IMG/VR virus record: IMGVR_UViG_3300045988_115163
Origin: a virus
Length of the DNA stretch: 64,000 nt
Reading direction: 5' to 3' (one strand)
Each line of letters starts with the position of its first letter. Position 1 is the first letter of the stretch. A model generated the notes under the pieces. That model saw only the letters and a list, made by a program, of their open reading frames with translations, was not told where the DNA came from and ran no database searches. The translations under genes and the position numbers were made by a program. Of this stretch, positions 37,301 through 49,300 are shown in pieces.

Positions 37301-40300
37301 AAAGCATTGGCGGCTGCATCCAAAGCACAAGATACAGCAGACGGGAAACGTAGAGTATTTGTTGCCAAACCTACTAATGAACAGGTTTATGACGTTGGAG
37401 ACTTATGGGTAAATGCAACGTATGGTACGACTTATCACAATGATATTCTTAGAGCCAAGACAGCGAAGAAAGCCGGAGAAGCATTTAATATTTCTCATTG
37501 GGAATTGGCTTCTAAATATACCGATGATACCAAGGCGAATGAAGCTGCGGAAGCGGCTGCGGCAGCACAAGAAGCTGCGGAACAAGCTGCAACGGCTGTG
37601 GATAATTTGAATACCTACGTGGATGGTGCATTTAAGGATGGTGTGATTGAAGAATCCGAAGCACAAGCCATTGAGAAATATATAAACATCGTAGACAACG
37701 CTAAGAAAACAACTGATGCTGCCTATACTAAATTGTATGCAAATACATATCTTACAGGAGCAGCAAAGACCGGATTGAAATCTGCCAAAGATAAGCTGGA
37801 CATTGCGACCACTAATCTTATCAATTCAATCAACACTGCTATTGCCGATGGTCAGACTACAGTTGCAGAAAAGAACGATGTAGATGCTAAATTTGCAGCT
37901 TACAATACAGCGAATGAAGCCTTTAGTACCGCAGTGGAAGTGGCTAATGGTGCTATTCAGGATTTATTAAAATCTTATTCAGACCAAGCTAAAGAAGCTG
38001 CGGTTGCTGCACAGGCTGCGGCAGATGCGGCACAAGCTGCGGCAGACAGTGCATCGGATGCAGTAGACGATTTAAACGGATATGTTGATGGAGCGTTTAA
38101 AGATGGAGTCATAGACGAAGCGGAAGCTAAAGCGATAGAAAAGTACATCAATGTAGTAAATGGTTCTAAAGCAGCAACCGATGCTACATACACCAAACTG
38201 TATTCCAATAAATATTTATTAGGGACAGCAAAAGAAAACTTAAAGACAGCTAAAGATAAATTAGATGTTGCGACTACTGCCCTTCTTACCTCTATACAGT
38301 CTGCTATTGCGGATGGGAAGACAACAGCGGAAGAGAAAGCTGCGGTAGATACAAAGTATGCTGATTTTAATAAGGCTAATGAAGACTTTAATACAGCCAT
38401 AGAAGCTGCAAATCTATCCATTCAGAACATGTTGAAGAGCTACGCTGATGCAGCATTAGCGGCAGCGGAGGCAGCGCAAACTTCGGCAGATGCGGCTAAG
38501 ACAGCGGCAGATAATGCAGCCGGGGCAGTAGGAGACTTGAATGACTATGTAGATGGAGCTTTCAAAGACGGTATTATTGATGCTTCTGAGGCACAGGCAA
38601 TAGAGAAGTATATCAATATTGTAAATAATACCAAAGGTGAAGTAAAGGCAACATTTGATAAACTATATGCCAATGTCTATTTAACTGGTGCAGCGAAGAC
38701 CGGATTAAATTCAAGCTACACGGCTTTGAATACCGCCATCACAAATCTACTTAATTCAATTAATACCGCTATAGCAGATGGAAAAACAACGGCATCGGAG
38801 AAAGCGGATGTGGATTTAAAATACGCTTCTTTCAACACTGCGTATGCTTCTTTCAATACAGCCGTAGAAACAGCGAACAAAGCCATTCAAGATAAATTGA
38901 AGACTTTTGCAGATGATGCTAAAGCCTTGGCGGAGTCTGCACAAGCTGTAGCAGATGCAGCAAAAGACAGATTAGACTCATGGGCTGAGGATGGAGTTAT
39001 TTCACCTACCGAAAAACAAGGTATTAAAGATGAAATAGCCAGAATTAAAGCGGATAAAGATAATATTTCCGCAGGATATGAATTATATAATCTGGGAGAA
39101 GCGACTGCTTACAATACAGCTTATACAGATTATTACAATAGCCTTTTGGTGTTATCTGACACGACTAAAGAAACGATTGAGATACCAACCGATTTTGCGA
39201 CTAAGCAGACTAAATATTATACTGAAAGGACTGCGGCATTAAATGCGATTGCATCCGCTTCTAAATCTGCGGTTGATGCTGCACAGGCTGCGGCAGATGC
39301 GGCTAAAAGTCGTTTAGACTCATGGGCAGCGGATGGGGTTATCTCTCCGGCTGAGAAACAAAGTATCAAAGATGAGAGGGCACGAATTTTAGCAGATAAG
39401 GCGGATATAACTACTGGATACACACGTTATAATTTAGGAACTCCAACGGACTATAATACAGCCTATACAGCCTACGATACGGCATTGGCTGCACTGTCAA
39501 AAGATACACCAGAGGTTATAACTATCCCTTCGGACTTTGCTACGAAGCAAAAGAATTATTATACCAAGCGTACTGCGGCTATTTCTGCAATAGATGCTGC
39601 TACAAAATCAAATGCCGATGCTGCGGCTGCTGCGGCTGCAAAAGCACAGGAAGATATTGATAACGTAAAGACCGATATCAATAAAATCAATTCCGATGTA
39701 GCCGGATTAAAGAACTTTACTGATGATGCTTTTGCTGATGGAGTAGTAGACCGTGGAGAGGCTTCTGCCATCGGTGCTTATCTGAAAAGCATTGCTACAG
39801 TTAAAGCCGATGTAGACAAAAGTTATACAGAAGTCTATGCTAATCCGTTACTTGCCGGAACAGCTAAGACTACATTGAACACAACTTATACGGCTTTTGG
39901 GAAAGCTGTAGAAGAACTTACTACCGTTATTGAAGCCGTTGTAGAAAAAGGGATAGCCGATGCAACCGACAGAGCTTCTGTAAATGGTAAATACGATGCT
40001 TTTAATACAAAGTACGGAGCTTTCATAGCTGCTTTAAATGCTGCCAATACTTACATTCAAGACCAGATTGAGAGTAAGGCAGAAAATGCTTTAACGGAAG
40101 CTGTTAGCTATCGCTATTTAAAGAAAGCATTTAGCGAATATACTATTATTGAAGGTGGCTTAGTCCAAAATTCACTCAATGTTTTAGGATACACCAATGA
40201 TAAAAAAGAATTTGTCGTACAAGCCGGAATGAATGGTATATATGACGCTTCTCAAACACATGGTGGTATTGCTGCATGGTATGGTGGTTCTATGAAGGAC

Positions 40301-43300
40301 TATTTCGATTATACTGATTTGGACAGACCGAAAGATGTAGCCAAAGGAGTTGACCGCATGGATGGTACTGGATATCGGGCTAACGGAAACTTATGGTGGG
40401 ACGAAAATGGTGAGGTTCACGCTGACCCGCTTTCTTTCTTTGTTGGAACAGAAACAGTTGGTGGATTGTTAGCGTCTTTCCAAGTGGTAATGACCAATAA
40501 AAAACCGGACTATCTTATTCCAAAAGTACCATTCCAAGACTTAACCATATCAAACAATCTCACAGTTGGTGGAGACATCATCTTAAAAGATGGTATTCTG
40601 AAATGGGATGCGGCTAACAATGCTTTCTATGTAGAAAAGAAAGACGGTTCTATCGCTAGCTTCTATGCAACCGGAGAAGTATCAGCCGGAGGTGCTGGCT
40701 CTGGTGGAAGTGGTGGCGGAGGCGGTCTCATTGAGAACGTCTATGGCTCTTCTTCTCTTGGAGACGAATTTTCTGATTCAGACTTAAACAATACGTTCAA
40801 CGCCTACAGTATCAATCAGATATATTTGGACGTAAAAAATTTGAAGTCTGGTGCAGCCGTCAGTTTAGTTGTTAATGGAACAGGAACAGTTCTTACGAAT
40901 ATTGTAAAAACAGGTTCAACGATTACCGCTACCAAAGGAAATCTAGCATTCTCTTCATTGACATCAAAGCCAACTACCATCGCTGGTTATGGCATTACAG
41001 ATGCTTATACTAAAACTCAGGCAGACGGTAAATATGTTTTAAAGTCTGGTAGTAATATGACCGGAACACTGAACTGGGTTGGTGCAGATGCAAATATTTA
41101 TCCCATTCTTTTAGGAACAAACCATTATATAGGCATTGATGGTTCTGCGGGAAGTTCCATGTTGCATTGGGATGGAACTAGAACTCATGTGGGGTCTTTA
41201 AATGGTTCTGTTGCTATCAGGTCTAACGCAACAGACCTTATTCATAATTATAATGGCACTGGATATATTATACTAGATGCTCGTAACTACAATAACTATG
41301 CTCCCAAAAAAGATGGGACGGGTGCTGGCGGAAATTGGGCTATCAATGTTTTAGGATGGGCACATCGGCTACATCAAGCATTGGGAAATAAAACAGCGGA
41401 ACAAGTATTTACCGACAATGGAGTATATTATTACCAAGTATCAAGTGCCGAGGATACCGGTTATCCGACTGATTATGGTCATGGACTTATGCTTCAAAAG
41501 TCTTCTGGGGATACGCTTACAAGTTCACAAGCTGTTCTTGATATATTCACTCCGACTTCGGGGACTAACCTTGTATATCTAAGAACAGGTATAGGGAATG
41601 GCACGAAAATAACATGGCAGGCATTCCAGCAAATACTTCATACAGGGAACTACACTTCTCTTATCACTAAGTTGGGAACAGCGACCGTTGGTTCTACCGT
41701 TAAACCATTCTATCTTAATGCGGGTGTTCCTACAGCATTTACAACGACCGTTGGTTCTGCTAGTCTTCCTGTATATATGAATGCTGGCTCTATTACAGCA
41801 TGTTCAACGACGCTGGGTGTAAGCATCACGGGAAACGCAGCCACAGCGACAAAGTTGGGTACGGCTACCGTAGGTTCTAATACGAAGTTCTTCTATTTGA
41901 ATGCGGGTACTCCGACGGCTTCTAATGCTTCTATTGGTACAGGTACTCACCCAATCTATCTAAATGGGGGTGTATTCACTGCTTCTACCTCTACAGTCGG
42001 GTCAGCTAGTAGAGGTATATATATGACTGGTGGATTGCTTACAGCTATGAGCGCAACTGTAGGCTCTGCTTCCCTTCCGGTTTACATGAATGCAGGTACA
42101 ATCACTCAGTGTTCTACAACATTAGGCGTATCTATTACTGGAACTGCACCAAGATTAACAACAACAGAATTAACTAATCAAGACTTAAACAGTTATACTT
42201 ACACTAACTATTCTGGCAAGTTGTACTATGCAGGCGGAAGTAATACCACAACCAATGTACCTTCTGGTGTAGGTGCTTACGGTTTGATGGTATGGAGAAT
42301 CGCTACTGGATATACCGGACATCTGATGTTTGATTCTGCTGGTGATTTTAGAGCAAGATTCCATAATGGTACGACTTGGTCAGCATGGGATAAGTTAGCT
42401 TATATCACTGATAATGTAGCAAGCGCAACCAAGTTACAAACGGCACGTACCATAAACGGAACTTCGTTTAATGGTACTGCAAATATAACAACCGCAAACT
42501 GGGGAACGGCTCGCAATCTCACTATTGGTGGTGCTGTCAAAAGCGTCAATGGTAGTGCAAACGTTTCATTTAGTCTTAATGAGATAAATGCTGCATATGG
42601 TAGAAATGTAACATATACAGGTACTACAACAGCACAAGGATGGTATAGATTAGCTTCTACAGGGCAAAATATAAATACAACAAATTCGTTATTCTTTATA
42701 TCTGTAACGGTATCTGGACAACATTCTACGTTCTTGTTGCAGGTATCTACCAATTATGGTAATAATCCAAGTCTTATTCAATTAGGAGGTTCTAATTATT
42801 CAACTGCATCCATAGACCAATTCCGTTTGGTTTACCATACGACTTATTCTGGTCATTATGGCTATTTAGAAGTAAGGTCAAGAGGTGCAATGACAGATGC
42901 GACATTCAATGTCTTTTTGGTAGGTAGAGCTAATACTACATGGACTTTATCTACGGCATTAACCGCAGGTAGCATTCCGGAAGGATATACCAGCAAGACA
43001 TTAACACCTGCTTCTGCATCTATCGTTGCTCCAACCTTTAGAGGTGCTTTAGTAGGTAATGTTACCGGTAACGTTACTGGTAATTTAACCGGAAATGCTT
43101 CTACAGCTACTTCCCTACAAACAGCCAGAACTTTGTGGGGTCAGTCCTTTAATGGAACAGCGAATATAACCGGAACATTGCTCGGGGTTGAAAGCCTAGT
43201 TGCAAGAAGTGGTCGTATCAACAACTTCTTAGGTTATTTTGATTATTCAGGTAATCCGGCAACAGGAACTATCTGTATTACACTACCGAATGGCTGGACT

Positions 43301-46300
43301 TCCAGTATGAATATTTATGAAATATGGATATATGAATATAATACGACTGCGAATGCTTCTGTCATTACAATTGGTGCATATAATTATAATGGTGGTGGAA
43401 CTGCAAGTAGTGCGAAATGGGTAAATATTGGATACCATACAAAAGGTGCTTACAGTAAAGGTGTACGTTTAGCATATAACGGTAGTAAATGTGTTATTCT
43501 ATTAGGAACTACGGCTACTAAATGGTATTGCCCCAAAGTATATCTAAAAACAATTTATACAGGACATGGTAATCAGACTATTTGGGGAGGAACTTCTACC
43601 ATCTCTTTGATTACTTCGGAGACCGGATACACCAATATTGATACACCCGCTAGGATGGATGAGTTCTTCGGAGATACATCGGTAACAGGCAGACTTGCAG
43701 TAACCGGTGCAGGACACTTTGGGTACACTTATACCACAATGACAGCGGGTATTAATGTTAAGGGTGATAGCGCAACAACGGGTATCTCTATCTATGATGG
43801 TACGGGAAATACTGCTCGTTTATACCGAAAAGGGGATATTCTATATATTACCAGAGGCGGTAATGATAACGCTGGTCTTCTTATGAATACAGCCGGAAGT
43901 ATATATCCCGGAACAAATAATGCTTTGGCAAATGGAACAAGTTCTAATCGCTGGTCAAACGTATATACCCAATTACTTAACGTAGCAGGTCTGGCAACGA
44001 CTTCAAGAATACTTGCTTCTGACGAAATACAATCAACCTCAGCTAAGGCTTTCCGTGCCATTTATGGTAGCTATGGCTTTTTCATATATAACGATGGTAA
44101 TTCCTCCTATTTTATGTTGACTGCCAAAGACGACCAGTATGGAACTTACAATAGTTTAAGACCCCTGTATATAAATAACAGTACCGGTGTTGTAACTATG
44201 GAAAATGGTACAAACATTAGAGGTATTCTAAACGTAACAAATACTACAGAAGCTACCGCAACTACTGTTGCCGCTATAAAGACAGCAGGTGGTATTGGAG
44301 TCGCTAAACAGTTGAGAGTTGGCGGTGCTGTAACTTTCAGTTCTACTCTCAGTGTTACAGGTCAGATTACTGCATCCGGTGGACTTCGGATTGGCAACTA
44401 CTACCTGAAATCTACAGCGGACGGATTGGCACTTACTCACGTAACTACCGGAACGGTTGCTAACTTCTACGCTACTGGTGAAGTTTCTGCGGGTGGTGTA
44501 GGTTCAGGCGGTTCAGGCGGTGGCGGTGGACTAATCGAGAATGTGTATGGATATAGCAAATTGAATGGAGAGTATAAAGATACCGACCTCAACAACACAT
44601 TCAATGCTTATACCATTGCACAAATCAATAAGCGGGTAGTTAGTCTGGAAGGCGGTTCTGCATTGACTGTAACGACTACCGGTTCAGGTAATGCAGTGAC
44701 TTCGGTTGCCAAGTCCGGTACGGCTATTACCGTAACAAAGGGTACTACCTTTGTTGATATTACAAATACCCAAACTATTGGAGGAACAAAAACGTTCTCT
44801 TCATCTATACGAATGGGACGAAGTAGTCTTCATTATGTTAATAACTCAACGTCCAACAATGCTACAGGATTACATTGGAAGACAGCTAACTATGCAGCCA
44901 CTCAATTTGGTATTGGTTGCTTCACCACAAACAATGCTTCTCCGAGAGGATTTATCGGTTGGACTTCTGAGCCGTGGAATGTTGCAAATAGCTTAACGGT
45001 ATCTGAGACCTCTTTGACCTATAAAGGTAATGCAATCCTTCATGCTGCCAACTATAATACTTACGCTCCGACGAAAACGGGTGGTGGTGCTTCCGGTTCT
45101 TGGGGCATATCAATTACTGGCAATGCGGCTACCGCCACTACAGCTACTAAACTTGGGACAGCTACCATTGGCGCAGCGAATAAACCCATTTATCTGAACG
45201 CAGGTACTCCAACGGCACTCTCATCAACAGTAGGTGATAGCACTGTTCCGGCTTACCTAAATGCTGGTACGGTTACTGCCTGCTCATGGGGATTAGCCGG
45301 AGCTTCTGGAAAGCGTGCAAGAAAGAGTGGATATATAACTAGCAGTACTTCGGGGTTGGCTAGCTATTGGGGAAAGATAGCTTCCTTCAATTGGGGTGAT
45401 ACATCAAACGGTAGAGATATAACTCTTTATATACATTCTGCATTCAATAGTTTGTGGGGAACTGTTGTTATAAGAACTAGATGGAGTAGTGCAACCTCTA
45501 CTGTTATTGATTTTAGAATAATAAACGGTAATATTCCAACTAGCAGACTTCGATTGTATTATGATGTTTCATCTAAGGATAATGCTGTAACTTTGTGGGG
45601 AGACGTAGCTAGTCAATGGGGAGTATTTAATACATACGTATTGTCTGAAACGACAAGAACAAGTACTGAAATTGGCGATGTCACATTATATACTACATCG
45701 TTTACTACTGCTCAAACAGTGCCGACAAGTACGTATAAAGAACCAACTTATCTTACCATTCGCAATAATGCTGCTACTTCTGATGTTGCAGATAAGTTAG
45801 GGACTTCAACGGTTGGTTCTGGGATTAAGCCGATTTACCTAAATGCGGGAACGGCTACCGCTTCTACTTCAACTGTTGGTGCAGCCAATAAAGGTGTGTA
45901 CCTGTCAAGTGGTACTATTACTGCAATGTCTTCTACAGTCGGTTCTACAACTGTACCAGTGTATATGAATGCAGGAGCGATAACTGTTTGTAGTACTACA
46001 CTTGGAGTGAGTATCACCGGTAATGCAAAAACAGCTACTACTTTACAGACCACCCGTAAGATATTTAGCCAACCTTTTAGTGGCGCAGGTGACGTTGCCG
46101 GACAAGCGTTCGTATATGGTACTTATCAGGAGACTGCAAGTAGTAGGTATTCGAATGGTGGTCTACAAATAAGAGAGAATGGTCTAGTTGGTGATAAACA
46201 AACCGCAGATGGGTATGCTCCTGCTATCGGCTTCCATTGGGAAAACAGAATCGGTGCGAGCTTGATATTAACGACTTCGGGTTTCAAATTTATGAACTAC

Positions 46301-49300
46301 GCGTTTACTGGCTACCAGAATGTATATGGTATATTTAAAGGTAATGCCGATTCTGCAACTCAGGTATATAGTACACTGACCAATCCGACAACCGGTACTT
46401 GGTATGTGATTCCATTCCATACTGGTGCTTCAACGACAAATAAATTATTATTAAATAATAATGGGATACAGTACTATTCGGTAGAAGGAACGGCTTCTGC
46501 GCAGGGAGAGGCACTGATACAGATAGGAAATTCCACCGCTACCGGAACTGCTGGTAACAAGAGAGGACGTTTAAGATTATATAGTTCTTCATCCGGTTGG
46601 GCGGATTTCACTCTAACTGCTACAACAGGTAATTATACTCTCACTCTTCCTGCTGCTACCGGAACTGTAGCTCTAACTTCGAGCAACGTTGCTTCGGCTA
46701 CTAAGTTGCAGACTGCCCGCACTCTCTGGGGACAGAGCTTCAACGGTACGGCAAATGTGAGTGGAAGTTTGACCGGAGTAGGAAATATAACTGCCAGCGC
46801 CGGCATAAATATCATAAGTACAGGAGAGAACAATATTGGTATCTTACGTGGTGGTTCAGATGCTACGGCAGTAGTACTTAATGCTATAGCCTTTAAACCT
46901 TATGATGCTGCAACAAATAAACTGAATCTCGGAACATCGACAGCTAGATGGTTAGGCGTTTATGCCAATATAGGAAACTTCTCTAGTACTGTCACGGGTA
47001 CTCGATTTATCTCTACTGTTGCTACCGGAACAGCACCATTGACTGTATCTTCTACTACGGTGGTTACCAATCTGAATGCTGACATGGTAGATGGCATTCA
47101 CTCATCTAATATCCCGTTAGAATACGATGCTAGCTATAAACCAACTGGTACTACTGCAAGATGGATTAGAATCGCTTACTTTGACTATAGTAGTGCAAGT
47201 TATAGTTGGTCAGGCACATTTGCAATAACTAATACTTATGAAAATGATGAAAATAAAGGTTTAATATTTACCGTATCAACTGCACATGGTACTACTTCTC
47301 CTGTAATCACACAAATAGGAGGTTCTGGCGGAGTATTCACTTCCATTAGAATTGTTAAGGATACAACTACGGTATATCCTACTACAGCAAAGGTGTATTT
47401 GGAAGTATATTACAATTCAACTTCTGCGGCTAATAATGTTTACGTATCATATAAACCTGCAAATAGAGCAATTGGTAAATGGACGCTGTACACTACTTAT
47501 ACTGCGGGTAGTATTCCTACTGGTCACACTGCTATAGCTCAACTATATACTACTTCCGGTCTTTCTACGACTGCTAATTTGCGGGTACAAGGCGTAGCTG
47601 TAATTTTAGGTGCTACTAATCATAATGATAGACTGGATATTCAATCAGATGGCAAGATAGTTCCCCACTCAACAGCTACCAGACGGTCAGGCGTATATGG
47701 TGTATATGACTCTGCGAAGATTGGTCACATTTGGTCTATGGGAACTAATTATATGATTGCCGATGATGGTTCTGGATTTGGTAATCTATACGGATTTGCA
47801 TATCAGTATTCTTCAAGTCTTAGAGCCATTGGACACCAAGCAGTTTGGTGTGTTAATGGAAATCCAAGTGTTGCCATAGGATATAACTTCTGGGTAGCTA
47901 ACGCTGCAACAATCGGTGACACTTTAACTGTTACCGGAGCAGGCTCGGTAAATACCCTAACCATCAAAAATACAGAAGCAGTTGGGCATCTTAAATTTTC
48001 AAGAGGTAGCTTTAATTACATCACTGCTCCGGCTAGTGGAACAATTGCATTTATAGTAAATGGTCAAGCGGTTGGTGAAGCGACGGCTGACCTGATTATT
48101 CAAAATGGGGTTCTAAAAGCGGGTGCAGCGAATGCTACCGCTTTAGGACAAGATACTTGCAGATGGTCAAACATGTACTCTGTACTTTTGAATGTAAGTG
48201 GAGTAGCTACCTTGTCTTCTACGGTGAACATCGCAGGAGTACTGAATGCTAACAACGCTACGGACGCTACTAGCACAACGGCTGCGGGAGCAGTGTTCGA
48301 TGGTGGAGTAGGCATTGTGAAACAGCTTCGAGTGGGCGGAAATGTAACTATTGGCGGAAATGTAACTTTTGCAACCAGTGGTCTACTATCAGTACCTTAT
48401 TCTGGCGGACAATGGATTTCATTAGCTACCCGAACTAATCTTATAGCAGGCAATCAGAATACCTCAGAAGCTAGTGCACACGCATTATACCGAGTGAAGT
48501 CTTTTGCTGGGGATGCAGTAGTATTTGGAGGATTGAAAAACTCCATCGGATTTTACGGATTCTATAAAGCTCGTATTGATTCGGGTGATAACAGCTATGA
48601 TTGGAGAACAGTATGGGATAGTACTACGGGTAAATTATTACATAGTAAGGCATTTGAAGTATCCGGTGCGGTTACGTTCCGTAGTACATTAACTGTAGCT
48701 TCTACTGGATTGTTCAACTTGTCTACCGATGCAACCAGTACAACTGCCGCTGCGGTAAGAATTGTAGGTGGTTTAGCTGTTGGCAAGCAATTGCGAGTGG
48801 GTGGTGCGGCTACATTAAGCTCTACACTATCAGTGAGCAGTACGCTTAATGTAAGTGGAGTAGTAAACGCAAATAATGCAACCGATGCGACCAGTACCAC
48901 AGCAGCAAGCCTTGTTTGTGATGGCGGTGTCGGAATTGTTAAGCAGTTAAGAGTAGGTGGAGCAACCACGCTTAGTTCTACTCTCTCCGCAGCCGGAATT
49001 GTTTCCTTTACGAATGCAACTGATGCGACCAGCACGACTGCTGCGGCTGTGAAAGTCACCGGAGGACTTGGAGTAGCTAAACAACTAAGAGTAGGTTCAA
49101 ACGCTGTATTCACCAAAGGTATTTACATCAATGGCAATACAACGGGAGATGAATCTATCACGTTAGGTACATCTGGGGATAAAAAGATAAAGATGGGTGC
49201 AGGTGGTTCTCCCGGGACTAGATGGTCTGAAATCGCATTCTTCCCGAACTTTGCAAACAATGGTGGATTTACCGATATCAATCTGAATATACAGGCAGAA

